Assembly: GCA_030648715.1 (NCBI GenBank)
Contig: JAUSGZ010000014.1
Location: forward strand, 1,055 to 65,054
Reading direction: 5' to 3'
Length of the DNA: 64,000 nt
Source: a bacterium
GTDB lineage: Bacteria > Patescibacteriota > Patescibacteriia > Buchananbacterales > GWA2-38-13
How positions within the stretch are numbered: the first letter of the stretch is position 1; every line of letters begins with the position of its first letter. This document shows positions 8,737 through 19,364 of this stretch, in pieces. Below the pieces are notes generated by a model. The model had not been told where the DNA came from, ran no database searches, and worked only from the letters and a program-made list of their open reading frames with translations. Made by a program: the position numbers and the translations under genes.

Positions 8737-10383
8737 CTAGCGTTTTAACCCGACATCAATGTGGTCCAATGGCTGAAATACGCAGGTATGATACCGCTGC
8801 AGTTCTATCGTACCATACCGCCAATCAGGATGATGCGGGATGACGAACACTTCTCCGACCCGGCAGTATTGGCGCAAGGCGTTGTCCAAAAGACGATCGG
8901 GATCATAATGAACCGCCCCACCGGCGCGGACATACCACACGGTGTCGAAACCGCGCAGTTGCGCGCCAAGATCATGCAGGGATTCTTGGTTGATCCAGTG
9001 CAAACCGACCCGGCGGGCATAAGCAAGGGGAAGATCAATACCCTCGACCGACTCTTTGGGGATGGGAAGACGGACCATTGGGAGTCCCCCGCCGTAGTAG
9101 TAAGAAAGCAACACTGAATCTTCATAGTGAGCGACGATCGCGGTGCCGGGTTGCGGAGGAATTGTCCGCATGACGGAATGTACGACCGGCCAGTAAGCAT
9201 CCTGGTAGTGCAGCTTTGTGGTCAGGACTACGAAAACGTTGGCGCTCATCACGGCAGCAATCAACGCGACGAAAAACCACTGCTGCGCCCAGTGCCGCGT
9301 AAGATGCGAGATACCACGGAATATCAGGAGACAAAAGAACGGCAGCGTGTAGGAAACATATCGACTGACCGGGGCCCGCAAGCTCCAAAGGATGGTGAGG
9401 GGAACAAGAACGATGATCGCCAATGCGGCCGCCCGCAGATCGGTCACCCGCAATCCGATGGCAAGGGTGCGGCGGGAGAAACGGAATTGGAAGAACACCA
9501 GTCCCAGCGCGGTGATGACCAGGGTGATCACGGCGGAGGAGATCCACACGGGTACATCTGCCACATACCAGACGAGCAACTCAAACGGCATCCGCCAAAA
9601 AATGTAAAAATTGATCGGGATATTATCCAGCCAACGCTGAGAGGGCGCCAAATACCAGTGGAGCACTCGATCGTACAGCACCACGAACTGCGGCACATAC
9701 GCCGCAACGATCGCGACCTGACCGGCAACCCAAGGAATGATCGACCCTTCAACACGATGCTGGCGGCGCCAGAGCAACCACACGACATTGTGGGCAAAGA
9801 CAAAAAACCAGAACGGGTAGTGGATATAGGTCCCGACGATCCCGGCCACCACATACCAGCCATACCACGACCAGGACCGAGGGTAACGGAAGATCTGTGA
9901 AAGCAGCCACGTGAGAATAACCCCGGCTGCGACCAACAGAGCGTACATCCGCGTCTCCGTGGCGAAAAAAATCGTCGATTGTGCTATCCAAAAAAGCACG
10001 GTTGCCCGAAAAGCGACCGTGGCGTCGAACAGCTGCCGACCGAAAAAGTACACCAGCAACGCCGCGACAATCGTGGTCAGCAGCGATAATACTCCCGTCG
10101 CGATCTCTCCAACCCCGAAGGCAACGGTCCAGGCCTTGAGCAGAAAGTAATACCCGGGAGGAAACCAATCATTGGCGACAAATGCCAACATCCGAGCCCA
10201 TGGTTGCTGGACGTAATAGACGGTATTGGCCTCATCGAACCAATACGGCGCCGGCAGCTGGGTCAGCATGATCACTCCCGCAACCGCGCACGCCACCCCC
10301 GCGAACCATACCTCTGGACGCCAAAAGCGGAACGCTTTCAAGCGTGACCCTACTGCTTGGCGCAATGTTTGGAGGACTGGCAT
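8737..10383 (-). CDS. GT-C fold (PMT/ArnT-like, GT39) membrane glycosyltransferase
   Basis: 'YWFDE', 'PPGYY', 'ETRMY', many TM segments. Confidence 0.85.
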   Translation of the reverse strand: MPVLQTLRQAVGSRLKAFRFWRPEVWFAGVACAVAGVIMLTQLPAPYWFDEANTVYYVQQPWARMLAFVANDWFPPGYYFLLKAWTVAFGVGEIATGVLSLLTTIVAALLVYFFGRQLFDATVAFRATVLFWIAQSTIFFATETRMYALLVAAGVILTWLLSQIFRYPRSWSWYGWYVVAGIVGTYIHYPFWFFVFAHNVVWLLWRRQHRVEGSIIPWVAGQVAIVAAYVPQFVVLYDRVLHWYLAPSQRWLDNIPINFYIFWRMPFELLVWYVADVPVWISSAVITLVITALGLVFFQFRFSRRTLAIGLRVTDLRAAALAIIVLVPLTILWSLRAPVSRYVSYTLPFFCLLIFRGISHLTRHWAQQWFFVALIAAVMSANVFVVLTTKLHYQDAYWPVVHSVMRTIPPQPGTAIVAHYEDSVLLSYYYGGGLPMVRLPIPKESVEGIDLPLAYARRVGLHWINQESLHDLGAQLRGFDTVWYVRAGGAVHYDPDRLLDNALRQYCRVGEVFVIPHHPDWRYGTIELQRYHTCVFQPLDHIDVGLKR

Positions 10384-11639
10384 AACAGGCTCGAATAGCC
10401 CAGGGAGGGAGAAGATAATGAGAGAAAGATCTGGCGAGGGGATACTTGGCGTACGACGGGAAGTATGCGCCCATCTGTTCCGCGGAATGCGTAGTAGAGG
10501 TTGAGGATGGCCAATACACCTGCCAATAACCCTCCCACCATCCGCAGACGGAGCTGATCCGACATCCTCGATATCGCTACCGCCATCGCGACGATGAACA
10601 TCGGACCAAAAACCACATAGTACTTTGGCACACCGACGTCAAAACCGGCCAACAGGAATATCGGTAGCGCGCCAACAACCAGCAGATAGGAAACCGGAGT
10701 GTTGGGTGGAGTGAACGTAACGGTCAGCCAACGTCGCTCGCGATGAAAGGTAAAGAGCAGTGGAAAGGACGTCAAAATGATGAGGATACCAACGCGTAAG
10801 TTGACACTCCAAGAAGCCGTCCAGGTCGGATAAAGATAGCCGTGCATCACGGAAAAGGGAAACTGCCGGGAAGGTACGGCGGGAGTCGCGGATGATATTC
10901 CTTCGGTAATGAACGCAGGAAGCAGACGAAGGTAATGGACGGCCACTGGCGCCACAACCATAAAAAGCAGGGCCTCAAGACGCCACCAGCGCTGCCATTG
11001 GACGGGCGTGATCCTCCACCGTCGCTGCAAGAGGGAAATGGCGGCAGTTTGGGAGAACAACACTAATAGTAGACTCGGGTTGGTGTAGACACCAAGAGCT
11101 GCCGTTGCCCCATACCACCATAAGGACGACGAACGCCCGATCTGAAAATATTGATACAGCGCAAAATTCGTTGCCGTTACCAGCACAATACCGAGCATAA
11201 GTGGGCTGGTTTCCGTAGAATACTGTATCCCAAGGTAACTCGACCAAAACAAGATGATGGAGAGAAGACCGCAAGCAGCCCCTCCCATGCGCTTCGCGAG
11301 TGCATACATCAGCCCGATGCCAACCAGCGTAATAACCAACGAAAGCCCTGCCGTGGCAAGCGGTGTGCTGCCGAAAAGACGCACCCAAAAACCTAGAAGT
11401 AAGCGATAGACCGGGGACGACTGCGCCGGATCCAAAAAGATGGGGGCGCCGCCGCTCAGCAGGCGAGCGCTCTTGGCCACTATTATCTCTTCGTCGGGCG
11501 TATACGGGAGCGCCGCCTGTCGCCAACGCACAACGATACCGCCGATGACCGCTGCACCCAGGAAAAGCCAAAATAGCGGCCGTTGCCAGTCTCGCCGCGT
11601 TTCCGATAACGGTGTTGCCGGATGTCCGAGGTCGCTCAT
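10350..11639 (-). CDS. GT-C fold (PMT/ArnT-like) membrane protein, short C-terminus
   Basis: 'YTPDE', 'SPVY', multiple TMs; ATG at 11639; overlaps the next gene by 34 nt. Confidence 0.7.
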   Translation of the reverse strand: MSDLGHPATPLSETRRDWQRPLFWLFLGAAVIGGIVVRWRQAALPYTPDEEIIVAKSARLLSGGAPIFLDPAQSSPVYRLLLGFWVRLFGSTPLATAGLSLVITLVGIGLMYALAKRMGGAACGLLSIILFWSSYLGIQYSTETSPLMLGIVLVTATNFALYQYFQIGRSSSLWWYGATAALGVYTNPSLLLVLFSQTAAISLLQRRWRITPVQWQRWWRLEALLFMVVAPVAVHYLRLLPAFITEGISSATPAVPSRQFPFSVMHGYLYPTWTASWSVNLRVGILIILTSFPLLFTFHRERRWLTVTFTPPNTPVSYLLVVGALPIFLLAGFDVGVPKYYVVFGPMFIVAMAVAISRMSDQLRLRMVGGLLAGVLAILNLYYAFRGTDGRILPVVRQVSPRQIFLSLSSPSLGYSSLLCQSSKHCAKQ

Positions 11640-11822
11640 ACAGGTCAACAATGTGGCGTCAGCTGCGGCAATTCCTATCGCGTGGACCCACTCCTGCTGC
11701 CAAAATTAACCGCGCGGCATATTGCGGCCAACGATGTTGTCATATATAATTTTTTGGCAGGAATTTTCTTGGCTACGAGCGAGGTACCCGGACCTATGCG
11801 GCAAATGATACAATAAAGTAGC

Positions 11823-13259
11823 ATGGACAAAGCTCCGTATCAAGAAAAGTTACGCGTGCTCATCATCGGCGCAGGACCGGCCGGCTTGACGGCGGCGCTG
11901 GAAGGCGTGCGCCGTGGCTACTCGGTCACCGTATTGGAAGCCAGCGATCAATCGGGCGGACTGGCAAAGACCGTTTTCCACGACGGCTATGGCTTTGATA
12001 TCGGGGGCCACCGCTTTTTCACGAAATTCCCGCAGGTCGAACAGTGGTGGCACGAGGTGCTGCGGGACGACTTCATCACCGTCCGCCGGCAATCGCGCAT
12101 CTACTACCGCGGAAGATTTTTCGACTACCCGTTGCGGCCGCTCAATGCACTTGCCGGTCTGGGTCCAGGGATGAGCCTGCGTCTGGCGGGCAGCTACCTG
12201 TGGGCGCGCCTTCACCCACGTCGCCCAGAAACAACGTTTGAAGATTGGGTATCCAACCGTTTTGGCCGCCTGCTGTTCTCCATTTTTTTCAAAAGCTACA
12301 CGGAAAAAGTCTGGGGTATTCCCTGCAATGAGCTCTCGGCCGATTGGGCTGCGCAACGCATCAAATCACTATCCTTGAGCAAGGCGGTACTGAACGCCAT
12401 CCGACCTCAACGCGGAAGCATTACCACGCTCATCGAAGAATTTCAATACCCGCGGCGCGGCCCGGGCATGCTATGGGAGAGAGTGGTACAACTCGTGGAG
12501 GATGCGGGCGGCCGCGTGCTGCTGCAATCGCCGGTACAGCATCTGGTGGCGTTGCCCGGTCACGGATTCCGCGTAACAGCGATGGTAGACGGGAAGACAC
12601 AAGAACTTTTTGCCGATGCGGTCATCTCGACAATGCCCCTGCCAGACCTGGTAGCGATGCTGGAACCCGCGCCGCCCGCCGATGTGCGCGCCGCCGCCGA
12701 GCGGCTCACCTTTCGTGATTTTCTGAGTGTCTTGCTGGTGCTGAAAACAACCGCGCTCTTCCCCGATAACTGGATCTATATCCATGATCCGTCCATTCGG
12801 GCCAGTCGCGTCCAAAACTACGGGAACTGGAGCGCCGCGATGGTACCCCAACCAGGAACGAGCGGCATCGGCGTCGAATACCACTGCCAGCAAGGCGACC
12901 AACTGTGGACCAAAACCGACGACCAGCTCATTGCGCTAGCGACGGAAGAACTCTCGCGGCTGCGGCTCGCGGAACCGGCACAGGTGCAGCGCGGCTGGGT
13001 CATCCGAGAACCCTACGCGTACCCCCGCTATACCGACGACTACCAACAGCACGTGAAGACCATCGCACGTCATCTCGCAAGCATTCCGAGGCTACAGACC
13101 GTCGGCCGCGCCGGAATGCACAGATATAACAACCAGGATCACTCGATGCTCACGGCGATGCTGGCGATCGACAATCTCAGCGGAGCCCGCCATGACCTCT
13201 GGGCGGTGAACGCCGATGATGAGTACCACGAAATAAAAATATCAAAGCCGCGGCACTAA
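11823..13259 (+). CDS. FAD-dependent oxidoreductase (protoporphyrinogen oxidase/UDP-galactopyranose mutase-like)
   Basis: GAGPAG, 'FDIGGHRFFTK', 'GRAGMHRYNNQDHSM'. Confidence 0.88.
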   Translation: MDKAPYQEKLRVLIIGAGPAGLTAALEGVRRGYSVTVLEASDQSGGLAKTVFHDGYGFDIGGHRFFTKFPQVEQWWHEVLRDDFITVRRQSRIYYRGRFFDYPLRPLNALAGLGPGMSLRLAGSYLWARLHPRRPETTFEDWVSNRFGRLLFSIFFKSYTEKVWGIPCNELSADWAAQRIKSLSLSKAVLNAIRPQRGSITTLIEEFQYPRRGPGMLWERVVQLVEDAGGRVLLQSPVQHLVALPGHGFRVTAMVDGKTQELFADAVISTMPLPDLVAMLEPAPPADVRAAAERLTFRDFLSVLLVLKTTALFPDNWIYIHDPSIRASRVQNYGNWSAAMVPQPGTSGIGVEYHCQQGDQLWTKTDDQLIALATEELSRLRLAEPAQVQRGWVIREPYAYPRYTDDYQQHVKTIARHLASIPRLQTVGRAGMHRYNNQDHSMLTAMLAIDNLSGARHDLWAVNADDEYHEIKISKPRH

Positions 13260-13273
13260 CATTCGTTCCATTG

Positions 13274-14920
13274 CTAGCTTCCCGCCATCGGCCGGCAGAG
13301 GCCGGCCAGACGGTCGAACCGAAAGAGGAAGATCTTCAACGGCTGCGGCAACGGCACGTACGTCGGCGTCCACCCGTCCGCGATGAGCGCGACGTCCAGA
13401 TCGAATAAGCTGGGAGTGACCGACACCACCCACAGCCGGTCGTACCGTGAAAGATCGGGTGGCAACCGGTAGTCGCGGTACGGAATGTGCGGGTGCGTCA
13501 GCAGGTAGCCTTCTACCGGCGTCTGCCGCGGCGATCCCGACGCGATGGTCAGCTGTCGGGAGCCGATTGTTTCCGGCACGAGGCTGCCGACCGTCTGGCC
13601 GCCGCGGTAGTAATAGTCCAAGAGGATCCGGTAGTTGGGCCAGAATCCCACGATGAGCTCGCGTCCGCCGCGCTCTTGGCCCTCAATAACCCGCGCGACC
13701 GCCGGAAACTGGTGCTGCGGGTCCCACGTAGCGTCATTGGTAAAATACTGCGGACCGTTCATCAGCACGTAGGCGCAAACCGCCACCGCCACGACGGCCA
13801 GGTGCGGAAATCCCAAGCGTACGCGCGCGAACAGCTCCTGCCCGGCCAACGCGATGGCGATGGCAACGGCCGGCAGGACGAACAGCACGTGGCGCTGGTA
13901 GTACCAGGAGTAACGGCCCGACATCGGTGAAACCAGGAACAGCAGCAACGGCGCAACCACCCACATGCCCACCAGCACCAGCCGCTGCCAGCGGTACGCG
14001 GCCGAGGTGTTCCCCTGCCGAACGCGCGCGAACGCCGTAACCGCTGCGAAACCGGCCCCGACGACCAGGAGCAGTAGTGTTGAACCCTGGAGCAGCCGGC
14101 CGAACGCATCGACAGGCCATTTACCCGGGAAAAAGAGAAAATTCATCACAACGTCCAATGGCAGAAAATTTTCCGGCTGCGTCAGCGCCGACAGCGGCGT
14201 CAAGTCGCCGACCGTGCGGTACTGCGCGAAAAGGTTCTTCGCCAGTACGGGCACCCACGGCAGATAGGCAGCCACAATCCCTCCCAATGCCACGGAAAGC
14301 TGCGTTCTCCCTTTTTTAGCGCGCGGGACAAACACCATGGCCGCCAGCACCTGGCTGCCCAGGACAAACCAGTACGCGTAGTGTGTGTACAGCCCGGCAA
14401 CCGCGAGTATGGTAAAACCGGTTATGGCCGCCCGCGAACCGGTTGTTTGCCACCGCGAGAGCGCAAACCACCCGCCGATCGCTATCGCAGTCAGCAGCAT
14501 GTACGGGCGCGCCTCGCGGGAAAACTCCACGAAGAACGGCGAGAGCGCCATCGCCATTGCTGCGACCGACGCCGTTTTGCGATCGAACCACTCCCGAGCT
14601 AACCCGTACAGCAGCCCGACGGACAGCAGCGCGAACAGCAGAGAGAAACCGCGCAGCGCGAACGCCGAGTCGCCCACTGCGCGGACCCACCCCGCCATCA
14701 TGAGGTAATAGAGCGGGGGGTGGTTCTCGTACTGCGCCAGGTACGCGGTCATCTCCACGGGATTTTCCGAATGCCGGTACACGCTCCAGCTCAACACCTC
14801 GTCGAACCACAATGGTTCGCTGCGCAGGTGCGGCAGCCCCAACAAAAAAGTAACCGCGAGCGCGGCAATCAGTCCCATCGGCAATTTCTTAGTCATGGGA
14901 AAACGCAACAACTTGAGCAT
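13274..14920 (-). CDS. GT-C fold (PMT/ArnT-like, GT39) glycosyltransferase
   Basis: 'LWFDE', 'HPPLYY', 'EARPY', 'YTHY'. Confidence 0.88.
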   Translation of the reverse strand: MLKLLRFPMTKKLPMGLIAALAVTFLLGLPHLRSEPLWFDEVLSWSVYRHSENPVEMTAYLAQYENHPPLYYLMMAGWVRAVGDSAFALRGFSLLFALLSVGLLYGLAREWFDRKTASVAAMAMALSPFFVEFSREARPYMLLTAIAIGGWFALSRWQTTGSRAAITGFTILAVAGLYTHYAYWFVLGSQVLAAMVFVPRAKKGRTQLSVALGGIVAAYLPWVPVLAKNLFAQYRTVGDLTPLSALTQPENFLPLDVVMNFLFFPGKWPVDAFGRLLQGSTLLLLVVGAGFAAVTAFARVRQGNTSAAYRWQRLVLVGMWVVAPLLLFLVSPMSGRYSWYYQRHVLFVLPAVAIAIALAGQELFARVRLGFPHLAVVAVAVCAYVLMNGPQYFTNDATWDPQHQFPAVARVIEGQERGGRELIVGFWPNYRILLDYYYRGGQTVGSLVPETIGSRQLTIASGSPRQTPVEGYLLTHPHIPYRDYRLPPDLSRYDRLWVVSVTPSLFDLDVALIADGWTPTYVPLPQPLKIFLFRFDRLAGLCRPMAGS

Positions 14921-14983
14921 TCAAGCACCGCGAACCGATGTGCAAACTGCCGTGTCATGATGCCGTAGAAGCTTCGCCAATAT

Positions 14984-15040
14984 TTCCGATTCCACATATT
15001 ACCGACTACCTACTACCCCACTACTTACTATTCTCACACT
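14984..15040. repeat. Degenerate heptamer tract (CTACCTA/CTACTTA-like)
   Basis: ...accgactacctactaccccactacttactattctcacacta immediately after the argS stop. Confidence 0.5.
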
Positions 15041-16778
15041 ACATCGCGTCCGGCGCGGGGATGCCCAAAAGCGACAGCCCGCGGGCCATCACGGTCTTAA
15101 CTGCGAAAACGAGCTGCAGCCGGCTCGACAGCGTCGCGCCCTTGCTCTGCAGCACGGGGACATCCTGATAGAACGACGAGAACGTCTGCGCCAGCTCATA
15201 GAGGTAGGCCGACACAACGCTGGGGTCGTACACGGTCGCGGCACGCTGCACGGCGTGGGGAAAACGCGCCAGCGTTACGAGCAGCGCCTGCTCGAGCGGT
15301 TCCGTGAACGTCGGTTTCGTCTTCCGGGTTTTCCCGGCTTTCTCCAACAGGCTACAGCATCGCGCGTGCACATACTGCAGATACGGTCCGGTCCTGCCGG
15401 CGAACGCTAAGGATTTTTCCGGGTCGAACATCATCGTGGTTGTCGCATTGACCGACAGGATGTAGTACTTCAACGCCGCCAAGGCAATGGCGTGCGCCCG
15501 CTCCCTCACCGCGACGGCAGGCAATTTTTGGTGTCGCGCCCGCACTTCCTCGACCGCCAATTCGTCCAACAGGGAGAGGAGATCATCGGCGCCAGCGCCA
15601 GCCGGGATGCCTTGGCGCGATTTGATCTTGCCCGTCGGCAGCCGCATCATCCCGTACGATAAATGGTGCATCGGGTACGTCTGCCCCAGCTCCTGCATGA
15701 TGGCAAACAGCTGGCGGAACGCCAAATCCTGCTCCGCGCCAACGACGTAGATGGACAAGGCTGGGTCGTGCTTCCCTTTGAGCTGCGCCAGGTACAGGTC
15801 CTGCGTGATATACAGGCTGGTGCCGTCTGACCGCAGCAAAATTTTCTCCGGCAGCCCCTCGTCCTCCAACGGCGCATAGATGTAACCTTCGCTGTGGCGG
15901 CGGAACACCCCGCGCGCCAGCCCGTCCTCCACGACTTCCTTGCCGTGCCGGTAGATCTCGCTTTCAAAGTATCGCACCGCCGGATGGTCCACGCCCATCC
16001 GCTGCAATGTTTCCGTGAATCCATCCATCGTCCAATCAATGAGTTGACGCCAAATTCGCCGCACCTCGGGGTCGCCCGCCTCCCACTGGCGCAAACATTC
16101 CTGCGCCTCCTGTTCCAACTCGGGATGGGCTTCCACCTCTTGTCCGAAGCGCACGTAAAACTGGCCGACGAAATGGTCGGGCTTCATCCCCGCCGTTTCC
16201 GGCGTCGCGCCATTCCCCCAGCGGCGATAGGCGACCGTCGCCTTGCACAGCGCAATGCCGCGGTCGTTGTAGATCGAATTTTCCACCACCGTGAACCCGA
16301 GGGCGGAAAGCAAGCGCGACAGACTCCACCCCAGGCAGACGTTGCGCACGTGGCCCACCGTCATTGGCTTATTGGTGTTGGGCGAGAAATATTCCACCAG
16401 GATCGTTTTCCCTTTTCCAATATTCGCCGAGCCATACGCCGCTCCTTCTTTGACGATCTGGGGAAGCGTCAGCGCGGCGTAGGCGTCAGGCTGAACGAAA
16501 AAATTCACGTAGGGCCCTGCGGCCTGCGCGCGAGCGATCAGCGTCGCGGTTTTCGGCATCACTGCGGCCGCGATACGCCCTGCCACAACGGCAGGCGGTT
16601 CTCCCAAGGCTTTCCCCAGCGTAAAACAGGGCACCGTGAAGTGGCCCAGCGCCGGTTCCGGCGGGTAATCAACGGTGACCGTCGAAGTTTTCCCGACGAC
16701 GGCGCGCACAAAGTCAGTGATCTGTTCGCGGGCAGCCTGCTCCGCGCGGCTGAAATTTTTGTCCTCGATGATCGTCAT
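15039..16778 (-). CDS. argS: Arginine--tRNA ligase
   Basis: 'EYFSPNTNKPMTVGHVRN', 'LRSDGTSLYITQD', 'GPYLQYVHAR', C-terminal 'GIPAPDAM'. Confidence 0.96.
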   Translation of the reverse strand: MTIIEDKNFSRAEQAAREQITDFVRAVVGKTSTVTVDYPPEPALGHFTVPCFTLGKALGEPPAVVAGRIAAAVMPKTATLIARAQAAGPYVNFFVQPDAYAALTLPQIVKEGAAYGSANIGKGKTILVEYFSPNTNKPMTVGHVRNVCLGWSLSRLLSALGFTVVENSIYNDRGIALCKATVAYRRWGNGATPETAGMKPDHFVGQFYVRFGQEVEAHPELEQEAQECLRQWEAGDPEVRRIWRQLIDWTMDGFTETLQRMGVDHPAVRYFESEIYRHGKEVVEDGLARGVFRRHSEGYIYAPLEDEGLPEKILLRSDGTSLYITQDLYLAQLKGKHDPALSIYVVGAEQDLAFRQLFAIMQELGQTYPMHHLSYGMMRLPTGKIKSRQGIPAGAGADDLLSLLDELAVEEVRARHQKLPAVAVRERAHAIALAALKYYILSVNATTTMMFDPEKSLAFAGRTGPYLQYVHARCCSLLEKAGKTRKTKPTFTEPLEQALLVTLARFPHAVQRAATVYDPSVVSAYLYELAQTFSSFYQDVPVLQSKGATLSSRLQLVFAVKTVMARGLSLLGIPAPDAM

Positions 16779-16931
16779 ACGCCTGTCTTCTATTCTACCA
16801 GATTTCGCGCGCCAACAGGTCTTTTTTCCTTGACAAAATCAAAAAAATATGCTACCAATATATGCCTTTTGTTCATTCCGCGTGCTATTTCACAACCTTA
16901 CCCAACCTCGTTCCGAATTGAAAGGAGAACG

Positions 16932-17675
16932 ATGCGTTACCGACGATGGATGTTCTTCCCCTGGCAGACATGGGGAATGGTGGCGGCAATTTTTTTCGCC
17001 GCGGGAATCGCCTGGTGGAGCCTCAAGGGCATCCCCGACTACGACCCCAGCCGGCCATGGCAGTTCGCGCGCCTGGTCGCGAGCGGCGAGTACGCCTGGC
17101 AGGAGGAAGGAGATCTCCTCGTGTTCCATGGTGCGGTGCCGGCCATTCGCCAGGCGGCCCTGGATTCTCCCGCACCCGCCGTGCAACTCGAGCTGCGCAA
17201 GCTGCTCATCGCGCTGGACCCGGATGACGATACCCCTCGGATCTTTCAGGATGGCTCCGTCCCGCACGTCCTCAAATCCCTCCCCTGGGGCTTCAACCAC
17301 TGGCTCATCCACAACGGCCACTTGTGCGCCCGCCAGGGGACGGTCCGCGACGTAGTTATGGAATTGATGGAGCTTCCGGAACACGAAGCCCTGGCCGCGT
17401 GGCGCGACTATGTCGTACTGACCGTCATGACCGAGCTCCTCTACGACCAGCGATCGCGGTTCGGTCAGTTCAGTTTCTCGCCCCAGGACGTGGCGCACAC
17501 CACCGCCGAACTGCTGCGGGATGTCTACCGGCCGCTGCGCGCGGCCGCGAAGATCGAAGGCCGGGTGTGGCGCCTGCCCTCCATCCTGGGACCGCTTACC
17601 GAGCTTGAGCAGAAGCTCGCCGAACTGGGCGACCATTCCGAAACTCTGGAATGGTATCAACTGTTCCAGTTCTAG
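16932..17675 (+). CDS. Hypothetical protein with N-terminal TM anchor
   Basis: AAAGGAG SD before ATG 16932; TTGACA at 16830; hydrophobic residues ~15-33. Confidence 0.75.
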   Translation: MRYRRWMFFPWQTWGMVAAIFFAAGIAWWSLKGIPDYDPSRPWQFARLVASGEYAWQEEGDLLVFHGAVPAIRQAALDSPAPAVQLELRKLLIALDPDDDTPRIFQDGSVPHVLKSLPWGFNHWLIHNGHLCARQGTVRDVVMELMELPEHEALAAWRDYVVLTVMTELLYDQRSRFGQFSFSPQDVAHTTAELLRDVYRPLRAAAKIEGRVWRLPSILGPLTELEQKLAELGDHSETLEWYQLFQF

Positions 17676-17740
17676 GCCGGGCCCCCGGTAGTTCGACCGA
17701 CTGTTCTTTCGCAGAGCGACCATCAGGCCGCTCTGTTTTA

Positions 17741-19312
17741 TTAACGCAGCTCGCAGCGGCGCGGGCTGTTCGCGGCAATGACCTGTTCGATGGTCACCGT
17801 CTTTTCAACCCCGCTGATGATATTCCCTTGAGCCCCGGGAACCGTCGGTTCCAGATAGGTGAACGGCCGCACCGCCTGCCGCGGCAAAAGTCCCATCAGG
17901 TACAGATCGAGATCGCTGTACGGCCGGCGAATGAGATTGACGTCCTCGGCCAGCTTGGAAAGGAATTTTCCGTCGCCCAGCGGCCGCCAGCCGGAACCGC
18001 CGAGCGGCGAGATGAACCCTGCGTAGTAACTCCAGTGAATGCCATCATCGCGGAGCAGCGCCACGGAGTCCTGATCGTCGGCGGTACGGAACTTCACTCG
18101 TGCTCCCCATTGGTGTCCCAATTCATGCAGTAGAAAGTTGTCCAGCCGCAGCGCATCGCTTTCTTCCGTCAAGGTGAACCGCCCCAGGTCGCCCATGACG
18201 ATAATGCCCTTCAGCTTGCCGCGGCTGCCGAACAGGTCGGCGGCATTCTGCAGCGGCAGCGAGAGCCCGGTTATCCCATTCGTGACCAACGTTTCGTGCC
18301 CTTCGTGGTTGGGTTTTTCCTCTTGGACGGCGAAGTTGGTGAAGAGAATGAGGAAATCGTACGCATCGGGATGCTGGTCGTAGAAACGCAACGCCGTTTC
18401 TTCCGTCAGGACGCGTCCGCCCTGCGGCGTGGCTCGGGAGAGTAACCCGTCGTCGGTGAGAACGACCGGGTCGGCGATTTCCGCAGCCCCCAGCTGTTGA
18501 GTCGCCCAAGCGTACGCTTCCGGCAAACGGGCGTGCACGGCGGCCAATGACTCGCGGTACGATGCCGCCAGCTCGCCGCGCGCCACCAAAATGGGTGCGA
18601 TGGTAATGGTCGTTCCGCCGCAATCCTGCGTGGACCACTCGCGCGGCGCCAATGGGTCGGCAATCCTTGTGTCCGCGCCAAAGATCTGGCGTGCCCGAGT
18701 GGGCAAGGTGCGCGCGCCAGTGACCACATCCTCCTTGCGGTACCCGTTGGCAAAAACCGCCGCCCAGTCCGCGAACGGCTGCAATAAATTTCCCTGTTTC
18801 CAATAGTATGTCCCTTGCCCGCGCACCTGATAGACGATGGAACTGGGCAATTGGTAGGTACGGTCCAGCGGCTCTCCAACCGCATAGTTTTCAAAAAATA
18901 CTTCCGGCAGGTCGACGACCCGCTGCTGCCAGCGCGACCCGAATATCGCGGCCGCCACTTCCGCGGAGGAGATCGGACGCAGCACGCCGCCCTGCTCGAC
19001 CGCGTACACCGTCGGGGCGCTGGGCACTTTCAACAACGCGGTGCCCGGCTTCATGGTCAGGTTGCGCCCCAGCGGGTAGCCCGCAAGGGTGAGCGCGGCG
19101 ACCGTCTGGACCGCGGAGAAATCATCCCCGTACCAGCTGCGATAGGTGGGCGCGTTGGGGAACGCATGGCGCACGCCCTGCGTATCCAAAAAATACACGG
19201 CGGAATTTCCGACCGCCTTGATGAGCGTACCCGCGGCGGCCGCCGGCAGAACGGGAACAACATGAACCACGACGAGGGCCACCGCTGTGCTCCACAGCGC
19301 GATTTTTTTCAT
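17741..19312 (-). CDS. Secreted protein: ABY1-type repeated surface domains plus zinc metallopeptidase domain
   Basis: Signal peptide MKKIALW...AAAA; repeats 'GTLIKAVGNSAVYFL..RHAFPN' and 'LLKVPSAPTVYAV..LRPI'; HEXXH in 'LHELGHQWG', then 'HWS' and 'YSDLDLYLMGL'. Confidence 0.85.
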   Translation of the reverse strand: MKKIALWSTAVALVVVHVVPVLPAAAAGTLIKAVGNSAVYFLDTQGVRHAFPNAPTYRSWYGDDFSAVQTVAALTLAGYPLGRNLTMKPGTALLKVPSAPTVYAVEQGGVLRPISSAEVAAAIFGSRWQQRVVDLPEVFFENYAVGEPLDRTYQLPSSIVYQVRGQGTYYWKQGNLLQPFADWAAVFANGYRKEDVVTGARTLPTRARQIFGADTRIADPLAPREWSTQDCGGTTITIAPILVARGELAASYRESLAAVHARLPEAYAWATQQLGAAEIADPVVLTDDGLLSRATPQGGRVLTEETALRFYDQHPDAYDFLILFTNFAVQEEKPNHEGHETLVTNGITGLSLPLQNAADLFGSRGKLKGIIVMGDLGRFTLTEESDALRLDNFLLHELGHQWGARVKFRTADDQDSVALLRDDGIHWSYYAGFISPLGGSGWRPLGDGKFLSKLAEDVNLIRRPYSDLDLYLMGLLPRQAVRPFTYLEPTVPGAQGNIISGVEKTVTIEQVIAANSPRRCELR

Positions 19313-19364
19313 AATACCCCCTAGTATAGCAAGCGATGTGATGGGAGCAAACACAGCTGCGGCG

